Shown here one piece after another: positions 50,662 to 62,943 of a DNA stretch of 64,000 nt. Each line of letters opens with the position of its first letter. The stretch's first letter is position 1. Location of the stretch: NCBI GenBank assembly GCA_003971905.1, contig RSEE01000168.1, positions 1-64,000 on the forward strand. The letters run 5' to 3'. The notes under the pieces are model-generated. The model ran no database searches, was not told the origin of the DNA, and saw only the letters and a program-made list of their open reading frames with translations. The position numbers and the translations under genes were made by a program. Source of the stretch: Moniliella sp. 'wahieum'. Its lineage: Eukaryota.

Positions 50662-52104
50662 GGTCCTCGCAGGCCAGCGACGGTGGGGGCAGAGCAAGCG
50701 AGGGCAGCGGCAAACCAAGGAAGGGGTGGCGCCACGCCAGGCGTCCCCTGGCGTGCCCTGGGCGCGGCCTGGTTAGGCCAGGCGAAGGAGCGTGCTGCCC
50801 ACTGCAAGGTTCAACTTGGCTGCTCAGCCCGCCTGGGGCGTCGCGTACACAGGCCCCGCGGCCCGCCCGCCCACAGCACCCACACTGCCCCTGCGCCCCA
50901 CGCCACGCGGTGAAACCCGTGCTTAGCTAACCAAATGCAATGGGCGATGCAGGGCGGCGGGGCGCTGCGTGGGTGGGTTTAACGTTAAAATTTACCCTCC
51001 AGCCTCTTTTGCCCTGATCGAGGCTGGAGGGCAACCAAGCAACTTGAAGCTTCAAGCTTCAAGCTTCACCAGCTCCAAGCACCCAAACCGCCATCAACTC
51101 ACCAGTCACTGTGACATGTTAGCGGGCGTCGTCTCGGTTTGGAATGGGTGGAGTAAGCGTAAGCCCCTCACATAGCCCACCCCCGTCTCTCCGCCGCGCC
51201 AGACGATGCAGACGGACTGTCGAATGTGCCGCAGCGCATCTCATAACCATGACATCGACAGTCGGTCCTAGTCAGGATATATAGTAGCTTTGTATAGATC
51301 CCCCTGTTGCCGAGTATTTATCTACTTTGGCTGCTCCCTGTGCCTGCCGTTTCTGCGTGGTATATGAAGCTAGCCACTCCTGTCGGCGCGAGATCACGAA
51401 CGGACTACGCCGGAGATCTGAGCCGAGGAGGACTCGTAGACAGGCAGTAAGCAAGTATGTTCTCCGCAACTCGCTCTGGCCGCGCATTCGGACCTGCCCG
51501 TCTGACATTCTGAGATCTGAGACCGGATTGATGGAAGGAGATGATTTATGCAAGAGCTGCGTGGGGGGCATGCGCGTGGCCCTGTCGGGATAGTCGATAG
51601 CAGCGAGATGGTCATCCATTTGCGATGAATTATCGCCCCCGTCCAGAGCGTGAGCGCCGAGAACACCCGCCGGCGCGCGTGCGTGCCTCAGCGCCTCTGG
51701 CCCCATACAGGAGGCACTTTCCAGCGTCCTTGTCCATCCGTCACGCGTCGCATGTCACCGCCGCCGCCGGCTTTGGCGCTGTCGCAGAGCGTAGACAGCA
51801 CGCCCGCCGCCAAGTGCGCCCAGGTGGAACAAGCGGAGAGCGATGCGAGCATCTGCCGTGCGTTCTTTGTACATACCCCCGCGTCTGCCCGTCTATGATG
51901 CGTCTGCGTACTTGTACGCACGCTTCAAGCTTCCGCTTCAAGGCACACTGGCTTGGCACTTGCCACACTCGCCCCGTGCCGCCTGCTCCCCTTGCTATCA
52001 GTGTGGCTCCTCGGCGGCGCGCGTGGTGCTGATGGCGGTATAAGCGCAGCGCAGCCGAGCCGGTACTTCCACCATCACCCTCATCCCCCCCCTCCAAGGC
52101 AGAG

Positions 52105-54070
52105 ATGTTGGCCTCAACCGCGCTCAAGTTGGCTGCTGCGACGGGCATCGTTGCCGCCGCCTTGCATCCCGGCCCTCCTGTCCGCCGCCCCTCTGTCCCA
52201 TCCATCAGGGGGCTCACCGGGAACAACCCCTCGCTCGAATCCCAGGGCGACGCCTGGCTTTCCTCTGGCTCGCACCATGGATCCGCCGATGGGACCGCCG
52301 ATGGGACCGCCGATGGGACCACCAACGGATCCGGCTCAGGCTCCGACTTGGGCGACCCAACGGGAAGCGGAAGTCCTCCTCCTCTGACTCCTCTTCTTCA
52401 GGGGGATCCGACTCAGACGACGTGCCTTACCTAGCCAGTGAAGTATGGCACGCCAGTGTCTATGCTCGCGATCGTTACAGCCCGGGGGACACCATCCCTG
52501 GCGCACGGCAGCAAGATACCTGGAACCAAACTGCCATTCTCACCATTGACGGTACGGATGACATGAGCCAGAATCCCCAGTGCGAAACGGTGTTTATTGC
52601 CACCGCCCCCAACACGGGCTCCTTTCCATCCGGTTGGGAAACGCTTCCGTCAGTCTTGGGATTTGACCTGATGCGCGACCTTTGGGTGTCCTCGCCCGAT
52701 GAGGAGGCGGCTTTCCGCACCAGGCCGAACCGGGCGAGTCGCCGTGCTGGTTCTGGTTCTGGTTCTGGTTCCGGCCCCGGCTCCGGCTCTGGCTCCGGCT
52801 CTAGTACTAGTGCCGGCTCCAACTCTAGATCGGGCTCCGGCTCTGACTCGGACATGATGCTGGACGAGGGGCTATTTTCCCCTACTACATTGAGCATGGG
52901 AAGAACACATCGCTCATTAAGCGGGCAGTCATTGCGATTCCTGGGGTTCCGCGGGACACTTGGAAAGCAGTGAATGAAGTACGCAACTCGCTCATCTGCA
53001 CCGCCTATGCCAACGACACCGACCTCGACCTGTCCGAAATTTTGATCCTCGGTCCGACCTGGTTAACGCAGGACGACATCAAGGCCGGTGGGGAGAGGCC
53101 AAGGATCTGTACTGGCCCTCGGGAAATGGGTGGGGCACGGGCATTCCTTCGGCCGGACCCAATGGGGTGAGCATCTCCGCCTTTAGTGCGCTCGACGCGT
53201 TGGTCAACATGTTGTTTGACAACTCGAACTTCCCCTCGTTAAACAATGTCGTGATTGCGGGCCATTCACTGGGGGTTCATTGAGCCAGCGCTACGCTACC
53301 ATTCGTGGTGTCACAGATGACGATCCTGATCTGATCTACTGGGCTGGAAATCCGTCGGTGTATACCTGGCCCTCGCCCCGCCGGCCAGTGAACAAGATCA
53401 AGGGCTCGTCATGCAATAGCACACGCAACCAATGGCCGTATGGTCTGGACCTGACCAACTCATCTTTGACCCTCTCGTACAATCCGGTGCCGCCACGCGT
53501 TGCCTCGGAGCGCAAGGCCACCTCTGCCACCCTCCGGAGTCAGTACCTTGCCCGTCATGTCCACTTTGCGTGTGGCCTCAGTGATGATCTGGAGGGAGCA
53601 CCGCAGTGCGAGGCCACTTACCAAGGCAACACCCATCTTAACCGCTGCCGAAACTTCCAAGCACAAGTGCTGGCTGAACCTGCGGGCAACAATCAGACTT
53701 GGAGCTACGTCCCCAACGTCGCTCACCAAGAATACCTCGTACGTCCTCTAGCCCTTTCTCTCGCGGTGACTTTTTACGGTTGTAGAATTCAGACTAATGC
53801 AGAACCCGAATCCAGATGTTCTCGGCACCAGCGACGCAGAAAATTTTGTTTATCAATTCCCTCAACGATCGTTTTGCCGCCGTGCGCTCCACCAACTCAT
53901 CTGCCGGTCACTCGGGAAATGGATTGACGGGCACCCGGTCCCCCGGAGAAAATACCACTACGACGTCGCCAGAGCAACCAAGCGCGGCCTCGTTGATGGC
54001 GTCTCCCTGCTTCACCTTGGTTTGGGCCTCTGCTTTGCTGGTGATGATGGGTCTGACATGGCGGATTTGA
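52105..54070 (+). CDS. Secreted, probably GPI-anchored alpha/beta-hydrolase-fold protein
   Basis: Signal-like MLASTALKLAAATGIVAAA; VVIAGHSLG at ~53248-53274; AGNPSVY, WPYGL, VPNVAH; intron 53739-53817; Ser/Thr-rich tail ending in hydrophobic FTLVWASALLVMMGLTWRI. Confidence 0.75.
52749..52850 (+). repeat. (GGYTCY)n repeat encoding a Gly-Ser linker
   Basis: GGTTCT/GGCTCC units give GSGSGSGSGPGSGSGSGS inside the hydrolase ORF. Confidence 0.8.
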
Positions 54071-55234
54071 ATTAGTACCAATACTGTCCTCTCATTTTTC
54101 TATTCCATACCCTCTGTCTCTCGTTTCTTCCGTACACAGTTGATATGGACACGGTTTCCGCTTGGCTCTACCCTGCTTGCGAATACAGTCAGGCTAATCG
54201 TGTCCTTCCTCTCGACATGTCGCAGTAGCACTCCCCCCAGCCCGTCCCGCTGATGCCCCTGATAGATGCCCCCATGACCGAGACGTCGTCCGCGTTCCCA
54301 GCGTCTGACCACAGCTTTCCAAACTGATTACTCATGTGCCTGCCTGGTAGGCAGCACCCGATCGTCGCTGCACTCGAGCAAGCTCGACCGGCCTGTGCCA
54401 CTGTGCTCTATACACAACTCAACGCCTGTGCTTTGCCCCATCTGTTCCTTCCCGGGGCGCTACCATTCCCTACAGGGCATGGGCACATTTGTTGGACGCC
54501 ACCGACTTCTCTAAGTAAGATCAAGCGCGCGTTAGCGGTGGTGGTGCACACGCAGCTATACAAGTGGCAGAACCGCTGGGCCAGATGGGGTTGAGATGGC
54601 GAATTCCGTTCGCCGCTTGTACCCCCGCTATTCAATGGTTTGAGAGGAAACTAAGAATGCGCCAACGCTGGAGCTCACTGGCAGAGCGTGATCCATCATA
54701 GCGCGGCCCAAGGAGGGGGAAATAGATGCCCTCTGCGTCCTTGACTTCCACCCATTGTCGCGATACGAATAGTACGTCATGCTCTCTCCCACTCTAAAGC
54801 CAGTACTGGGTCTTGGTCTAGGAATTCGACCTACTCCCCTCCCCTTGCTCACCGTCTCGGCTTCAGGCCCAAGCACAGACGTGGGGAAGAGCCGCTGCCT
54901 CGCTCCCTCCTTTTGGTCTTGGCCCAGACGGGCCAATGACGATGATGGTCCGATTCCCTCGTCCCCTCATTGCTCTCGCCCTCCCGGGCTTCCCCTTCGG
55001 GGACCTTCGGCGATGTTTTTTTCTTCCAAGACGCCCCCTCCCCTCTGGTGTTCCTCTCCTACCTGTATGTGAACCTTCTTTCTCACTCGGCTGTCAAAAT
55101 GATCACGTAGCTCCACCAGAGCCAGGCGAGAAGGAGAGGAAGAAGATAGTCATCAGTCAGCGCATCAGCCAGCCCGCTCCGTCCCAAGCGTGGTTCCCGT
55201 ACTTCCACGCCCACGCACACGCTCACGATCACGA

Positions 55235-56353
55235 TCACACCTCTGCTGGGTCACGACCATCCGCGGTACCGGGGAACGTGGGAGGAGGACTGGCATCCTG
55301 GGAAGGGGTCGAACTTTCCGACAGTTGCCAGGCTGGAACGGTAGGTTTGGGCGCGTCAGGCACTGGTGTTGAGACCGAGGCAGAAGGCGCAACGGGGGGA
55401 AGGGCAGATCCCAAACCACCATTGGGTGCCTCGTTATCCTTCTTGTCGTCGTCGGGCAGCTGTTGCCAGGCCGGGATGGTTGGTTTGGCGGCCAACTGCC
55501 AGCTGGGCACCGAGGGGCGAGGCATCGATGGCCTGGGTGGCGCCGAGGAAGCGGTGGCAACGCCGCTGCCTGGGGCAGGCGCTGCGGTGCGCGATACAAA
55601 GAGGGTCTTGAGGCTCTTGACTTCGGTGGTGATGCCGTCGAGCGCGGCCTTTTGGGCCTCCTTGTGCGCATCAAACATACGGTTCAGCTGCGCGTTCACA
55701 TCGTCTACTTGACGTTGCAACTGGCGGATTTCTTGGTCGCGCTGCGCCTCGCGCTTATCAGCTTGCTTGAGCGCGTCGTGCACGTCCTGCGTAGCAGCGA
55801 GCACGAGCGCTTGCTGCGCGTCCAGACCGGCCTTGGCAGCCGCTGTGGCACTGTCCAACGACGCCAGCTGCTTCTCCACCGCATCGTACCGCGCCGTCAG
55901 CGCAGCCAGATCGGCTTCCAGCGCATTGTTCGACGGCGGTTGGAGGTACGGGTAGAGCCAGCGCTTGCCCAGCGCGTACAGGCCATACCCCACCCCACCA
56001 CCAACGACCGACATGATGAACCAGTCGCGCCAGTCGCTCGGAGCGCGGCGCGGCGGCGGTGGTGGCGCATACCCAGTGGCAGGGGCGGGGTAGCCATACG
56101 CACCGGCCGAAGCAGGCGCAGGCGCAGGCGCCGCACCGGCACGCGAAATGGCCGCGTCGACTTCGCTGGAGGAGAGACCCTTGGATTCGAGAAAGGCGAT
56201 GCGCTGGGAGAGCGGGGCGGAGGCCACGCTCGGGTGGCGGAGGAAGCTGAGCGCCGACTGGACCACCTCGGGGCGCAGGCTGGAGGGCGAGGGCGCAGGC
56301 GCGATGGCCGGCGCCTCCTCGGCAGGCGGCAGGCCAGGAGCAGCGTCGGACAT
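55235..56353 (-). CDS. PEX14: Peroxisomal docking protein Pex14
   Basis: LRPEVVQSALSFLRHPSVASAPLSQRIAFLESKGLSSSEV, DWRDWFIM, coiled coil, EVKSLKTL, IPAWQ-like motifs. Confidence 0.95.
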   Translation of the reverse strand: MSDAAPGLPPAEEAPAIAPAPSPSSLRPEVVQSALSFLRHPSVASAPLSQRIAFLESKGLSSSEVDAAISRAGAAPAPAPASAGAYGYPAPATGYAPPPPPRRAPSDWRDWFIMSVVGGGVGYGLYALGKRWLYPYLQPPSNNALEADLAALTARYDAVEKQLASLDSATAAAKAGLDAQQALVLAATQDVHDALKQADKREAQRDQEIRQLQRQVDDVNAQLNRMFDAHKEAQKAALDGITTEVKSLKTLFVSRTAAPAPGSGVATASSAPPRPSMPRPSVPSWQLAAKPTIPAWQQLPDDDKKDNEAPNGGLGSALPPVAPSASVSTPVPDAPKPTVPAWQLSESSTPSQDASPPPTFPGTADGRDPAEV

Positions 56354-58870
56354 GGTGGACAGCCGCGAGCCCAGCGGCGCCCTTCGGATGATGCCTGCGG
56401 GCCGGCTCGCGTCGGCCCAACTCGGCTCGGCTTGGTCCGAACAGCCAGAGGGCGGGGGCGCCAGGGAAGCACAGTGGCTCCCACGAAGAACCCGCACTCG
56501 GTAAAAGTTTCACCCGCCCAGCGCGTGAATGGCAGACGCTGGAGACGGCTTCTGGCTTCTGGCTTCGCACTCTACCACCCAGGTATATAAACACACTCTC
56601 CTCCCACAGGCTACTGGTATAGGATTGACGTTCATGCATGCACGTTCTTGGATCCTCGCTCATATGACTGCCCTCATTCATGTGCACTCGCTTGTCGCAC
56701 CCAGTTTGGATGTGAATGGCCAGAGCCAGAAAAGGTCCAGACCTTCTGGCAACTCCATCGGCCTCTTGATTGGGTTACTAGCAAGAGCTAGCAGCACACG
56801 TCCGATCAACGAGCCCGGTATAAAGGTGTAACGTTTCTTCCCCCCCCCCGTCTTCAGCTTCTTGCAAAAGATATCAATGCAGGCGTAACATCGCGTGAAA
56901 CTGTCTGACGCAACACGCGCGCCACCCGACAGTAATAGAAGAAGTGGACAACTCAAAGCTGAACAAGAGGGTCAATAACAGCGTCCAACATAACGGACGG
57001 GCGCGCGAGCGCATTTGCAACAGTTAGGAGGAATTCCATTGCGCGTCATTGGGAATCCAACCAAGCGAATAATTGGCGGCAGCGCCTCCCATCTGGCTAG
57101 GCCGAACCGAGGACTCATTAACACCCAACTGAGTGTGCGCTCTCTGGGGGCGGGGAAAGCAGGTATTTGATTCGGGGGAAAAGAAAACTGGGAGAAGGTG
57201 CAGAATGTACCCCAGGTGGGCATGCAACCCACCGAAGAGAGTTTGTTTACCGTGGCATTCACAAGACCAAGACCGATTGGGCACCATTAGGGAAAGAGAT
57301 GAGGAAAAGAACCAGTGCGGGTCGTCTAGAGACGTGTGTTAGGCCAATGGGCTGAGGATCCTACGTTGGCAGTCACGGGCCAAGGATGGAGGTGTGGCAA
57401 GAGACCAAGGAGGCGGGAGGACGGCCGGCCGTGTCAGTGAACAACTCAGACACCTACATCTACCATAGGCGGAGGGTTGGGATGACGTACTTGATCAAGT
57501 TAGGCTGGGGGTTGGAGCTGGTCCAGCCGAGTAAACAACGAACGGGACCCAGGCGTAGTGCAGCACTCTTGCCCGTCTCGATGGCGGTGGAAATATAACC
57601 CTACAGGATATGAGGAAAGTGGGAAGAAGTCAACATGTCAACGTTGTCAACAGAGGAGGTTTTCGCGCGCCTCGCCATTCATGCCCATCATGTTTGTAAC
57701 CACAGCGAGGCTCGGGAAGAAGACGGGGGGGCGATGCACAGAGGGGATAAGAATCGCACCTTTTGCTCTTCGGACAGCAGCGCCATTGTGGAGAGACGAG
57801 GATGAAGGTGGCAGAGGGAGGTGGCGGTGTGAAAGAAGGCTGGCTTGGCCTCGGTGGCTGCTGGCCGAGCACGAGACTGAAAAGCTCAGCCGGGGCGCTT
57901 CCATCGTTTTCCGCTGCCACGAATCGCATGATCGCTGACCGAGATGATGTCGACAAGCCTAGTGAGGAGGGGCAGCCACGAGCAGCTGTCGATGATCGAT
58001 GATGACATCGATGATGTGGGAAACTTGAAATCAACCAAGGACCATCCAATTCCGCCTCCCCATAGCATGGCCCAGCCTCTGAACGTTCAGTTGAACAGAG
58101 CAAGCACCATCCAGCAACGTTGCATGGGTCAAATTTGCTTTTGCCGGTCACGCGCCAAGTCGCACAGGCCATCCACACGCCACAAGCACACGCGCCCAGA
58201 CTCTCGATCACCCCGGAAGAGACTCGCGAGGATGATTAATGATTTTTGCTCGTTGGTTGCATATGCCCAACAAAGGACTCGGACCCCAGGAGGAATCGTG
58301 GTGGGCACGGCCCATCCAAAGCCGAGGTGCCACCAATAAGATAGCGGCAAAGTAGAGCTGCCCAACTGCTCGCTGGGCGTGCTCTGCCTGGCAAGTGACT
58401 GTCGGTGCAACAAGCCATGCGATGATGGTGGCGTGACGGCCATGAAACGCCGTCGGTGTGTGGGGAGAGGCGGTTAGACCGGTGAAAGTTACAGGAGCCC
58501 AAGTGCAATGCCAGGATCGGCATGTGGGACTACATGGGGCCCATCAGGCACGGCTGCTGCCCCTGCTGGCAGTGCCGGACACTCTCCCTCGGCGACACTC
58601 GGCCGAGACGTCGGGGGAAAAGCAGGTTGGCGCGTGAAGGCCAGCTTGCACACCCGCACCTGAAATCCCCAGTTTTAGAGCTGCCTTGGCCGAAGAACCC
58701 TTGGCGCCGCCCCTCGGCACGCACTGCGCCAGTCTCTCTCCAGCCGTCCCAGGCGGTCCCCCTCGCGCATCTTCTCCCCCTTCTTCCCCATCCCGACGCC
58801 CCCACCGCTGTCGGCTGGGTTGCTCCTGCCACCATCTCCCCACCCCCACTCCCCTCCTCCTCCATTCATC

Positions 58871-60666
58871 ATGCCCCCAGCGCGTGTCGCTGTCGTCGGT
58901 TCTGGCCTTGCTGGCCTGGCCTGCGCCCACCGTCTGGCGGCGGCATGCGATGTGCACGTCATTGAAGCCGCCCCCGCTCTGGGCCTCGACAGTGCCTCCA
59001 TTCTTGTCCGCCCACCTACCCCTACCACCTCGTCCGACGCCTCCACCCCAGCCCCACCCCCGGATGCACACCCAGCAGTGCGAGTGGATGTGCCGATGCG
59101 CGCACTCAACTATGGATACTACCCCGAGACGTGCGCGCTCTACCGCCAACTGGGCGTTTCGCTCCAGCCAACCGAGTTCACCTACTCCTTTGCCACCGCC
59201 GCTCCGCGCAATCCACTGTCGTCTCGTCAAGCATCCGCGCCCCCCAGCTCGACCGACAGCGTTGCGGGCGCGTCCGAACCCTCACAGACCGCGCGCCCCA
59301 ACAGTTCTCAGTGGCAAGCCCCGCCGCCCCACACATTGTACAATGGCGCCTCGGGGCTGCGGGGGGTGGGCCTGCCTACGCAGTACCGTTGGAAGGCGGC
59401 CCGGCAGCGTGCTATCACCCAATGGGGCTCTCTCCCTTCCCCCCTGCTCCTGATCGCTACCGCCCTGGATATCATTCTCGGCTTGGGACGGTATACTCTT
59501 TGGTGGGGCGGGATGTTGTGGTCCTATGTATTGTTGTTGGCCTATGCACTCTATCACCACCATCTCGGCCACTTGCGCGACTCGTCGCATGAGTTGACCA
59601 AAACCGACGTGGCGTTGGCTTGGTATCCCGCTTCAGCGCAAACTCGCTCAGCCCCCACGCGGCTGGGGGTACGGCCAGCTGCTAATGACGGACTTTACGC
59701 ACCACATGCTGCTTCCGCTCATGAGTGCCGTGATGACCTGCCCCATCTCCGAGGTGACAGAGGCGCCTGTGGCCGATATCCTCGAGTATGTCGCGGCTAC
59801 TTTCCTCCGCTCCCATGCACGCGTGCGAGGTGGCGTGACCCGGGTTCAAACTGCCCTCGTTGCCTCCATCCCCGAGGACAACATTCATCTTTCCACACGC
59901 GTCGTGGGCATGACCCCGACCCCAGGTGGGCGAATGCAGCTTCTTGTCTCCCCCTCGGACGGAGGCACACCAGGTACACTCTGCCCCTCCTGGGCAGAAT
60001 TTGATCACGTTGTGCTTGCCACCCCGGCCGATTTGGGCGGAGAATTGGTGGAGCACTACCTGCACTCCTGCCTCGATAAAGGTGGTAACGAACACGCTGC
60101 GTTGCTCCGATCCTTTGCAAACGCTCTCGCCTCTGTCCCTTACACAGCAGTCACAGTCGTCAACCATACTGATCGTCTCTTGCTCCCCCCGCGCCGGAGG
60201 ACTGGAGAGACCTCAACCTAATCCTGCCTTTGCGGGGGGGGCAAACGATGGCCACCCACCTTTTGGCTCAAGATTTCCCCTCGGCCAACGGCCCGCAACT
60301 CTTGCTCCAAACGACGGCACCACAGAACAGAGCGGCATGGCTCCGCGTTCGGCTACCGTGCTTTCAACCGCAACCATGCGCAGGGCACGCACTACCCTCG
60401 CATCGCGCCAGATCCAAGACCGCACCCTGTTCCAGTGGACACGCCGACCATGGGGACGACTGGTACACTGCCTCTCTTCCCTGCTGGGCTTGGCGCAATG
60501 GGACCTCTCGCTCGGTGCGGCGCAGGGAGTACCGCTGGTGGAGCACGGCACCGAAGCTCGGATTTGGGCGTGTGGCTCGTGGTCCCCTGGAATCCCGTTA
60601 TTGGAAGGATGTGTCCGCTCCGCCCACCTGGTCGCCGACGCTATCATTCAGTTGGAGCAATCCTAA
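58871..60666 (+). CDS. FAD/NAD(P)-binding oxidoreductase (amine-oxidase superfamily, COG2907-like)
   Basis: RVAVVGSGLAGL Rossmann motif, VDVPMRALNYGYYP, FDHVVLATPA, VVNHTD, IWACGSWSPGIPLLEGCVRSA; frameshifted. Confidence 0.85.
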
Positions 60667-61490
60667 GCCAAACCGGTTTACATGATGGCGGATGTAACGC
60701 CCTTGAGGGTAAGAGTTGATGGGCAAGTGGGAAGATCCTGCCAAACTCTTTTTGGTTGGCTGCGGGGACTCACCGGGACTGTGCAGTGTTGGGGAGTTGC
60801 GATAAAGAGTTTCCCCCGGCCCAGTGGACGAGGTAATAATTCCCCCAAAACACGTGTCGCCCTTTACGGATGGTCGATGGTTCTGTCCAAACCACCTCTT
60901 CGTTGCCCATGGCATTGCGGTCTTCGTCTTACATACAACCACGGAGTTTCAGACTCTCCTATAGGAGAAGTGAATATGGTGAAACGCTTCTACTACAGCA
61001 TAGCCTGCTACACAAGGGTAACGGCATGAAAGGTTCACTGTTGCTTCATCTTTTGGGTAGCCTCAATGTAATTAGTAAGCTGTTGTTTGGCACTTTGATG
61101 AGCGCGTTACTTGACTCCCGGTATTGGAAGCCAGTGTGGGGGAAAAGGGCTCATCGAAAAGGGATCATCATCATTGATGAGTATACTGAGTCACAGTGTG
61201 TATACTTCTCATATGTCAACGTTGTCCAGACTGTTCCAGCCTTGTCATGTCTCCCCTCGATAAAGACCGTATTCGGATTGTAAGGTCTTGGCTCGATACA
61301 CTCACAAGAAATAAGTATACGATGCGTTGTGGTCCCAAAGATATGAACGTTCTTGACATTATTTCAGAGCGTACGAGCTATATACGAACTATAGTTCTTC
61401 TCCTTCACCACTGGGCCCTCTCGTTAACCAACAAAAGTGTATCGAATTGACTTCCCATGCGTACAGGAGAGGAGGGTCCAACTATCATTA

Positions 61491-62943
61491 TCAAGTGTAC
61501 CAGGTGGGGGTGGGAAGGCCATCAGGGATGCCCTGCAGCGCAAACGACCCACTTCAGCTTTCTTGTGAGCGATGGGGTCGTGGAGGAATATGGGTGCGCA
61601 AATCGCGTCCGGCCACATCCAAAGAACCATACTTGGCATGCAATTGAGGGCGCCCTGCAACTCCCAAACTTTGGTCGTCATCCAGTCCAACTTCGGCAAT
61701 GACCACCTTGGCTGCCGCAATGCGTACTGCCCATTCCCCCCGCGTGACCGCCGGAGCGCTTCTCTCTCAGCCACGTGAATGTCGGAACACTTTCCTTGAC
61801 CACTTGTTCGATCAACGCGGCAGCAGCCCAGACTTTGCCCTGCCAAGACACCGTAGTCAATCTGGATGTACGCCTCGTCGGTCCCGCGACTGACGGCGTG
61901 GGCGTCGGGCACAAACGGCCACGCACGGTTGTTTCTCTCGTATAGGCCAGGCCACGGGCCAGGGCGCCTTCAGAATGCCAAGGTAAAACGAAGTGAAGAC
62001 CAATTGGATTACGGGGAGGTTGAGCGTGTTGTACGGTCCCAAAGGGGTAAACGTGAACTGACCCCCTTGTTGGCTCCAACCAAAGGCTCCTCAAAGGGCA
62101 CACGGACGTTCGAAATGGAAATCCCACCACTCTGCGTGCCACGCATCCCAAGCGTATCGACCCATTCGTCACCATAACGCAATCCCTTCTTGTTTACTGG
62201 GCACAGCCACAAACACATGCTGGCCCTCATGCGCTTGGCCCGCAGCGAACACGCCCTCCAAGATAGTCAGGTCCGACACCTTACTTCCTGTTGAAAAGGA
62301 CTTCTTGCCATTGAAGATGAGCTTGGTGGGGTCTTGCGGGTCTTGCACCACGCTCAGATCCGTATCACGTGGGTTCACTGCGCCTCCAAAAAGAGTTGGT
62401 TCCGGGTCGCATGTTCCTGCAGCGTGCGGATCTGCGCTGACGTGCCAACCAAGTTCACAGCCCAGAACCAAACGTAGTGGTACCTAATATCATAATAGGC
62501 TTGATGTCAGCAGCCTGGCCCCGTCGATCATCTCAGATCTCATCGTCGAGAAAGAAGGGCAGGGCAGAGAAGAGAAGCAAGCAAAAACGTACCCCAACAG
62601 CTGGGCCAAACTTCCATCGCCCCGAGCCACGATCCGAACCACGTCATAGGCCACATCCCACTGTTGTCCGCCTCCGCCTACAGCAGTCGGGCCGAGGACC
62701 CGTGAGACCAGCGTCTTTGAGAAGTTGGACCTGGCGGTACGGCACCACGTTTGCCCGGTCCCGCACCGCCTCGTCCTTGTGCAGCAGCTCGGCCACTTCA
62801 TCGGCACGCTGGAGAAACTGCTGCCGCGTGGTTGGCTGGGACGAGAAGGCGGGGTAGGTGACCAGCTCGGATCGGCGCTGATTCGCTGGGCCCCCGACAC
62901 GGCGGGGACACCACACTGTACGCGCGGGGAGGGGGAGGGACAT
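61491..62943 (-). CDS. Acyl-CoA-dehydrogenase-fold flavin monooxygenase (DszC/TdsC/SfnB-like)
   Basis: VQLLKDAGL, VARGDGSLAQLLGY, FGGAVNPRD, NGKKSFSTGS, LGMRGTQSG, FYLGI, HDPIAHKKAEVG, C-terminal PTPTWYT*; TATAAAA at ~63025-63031 on the minus strand. Confidence 0.85.

Noticed and set aside
56600..58500. ORFs between PEX14 and the FAD oxidoreductase
   Set aside because: No recognisable protein features; likely divergent promoter DNA.
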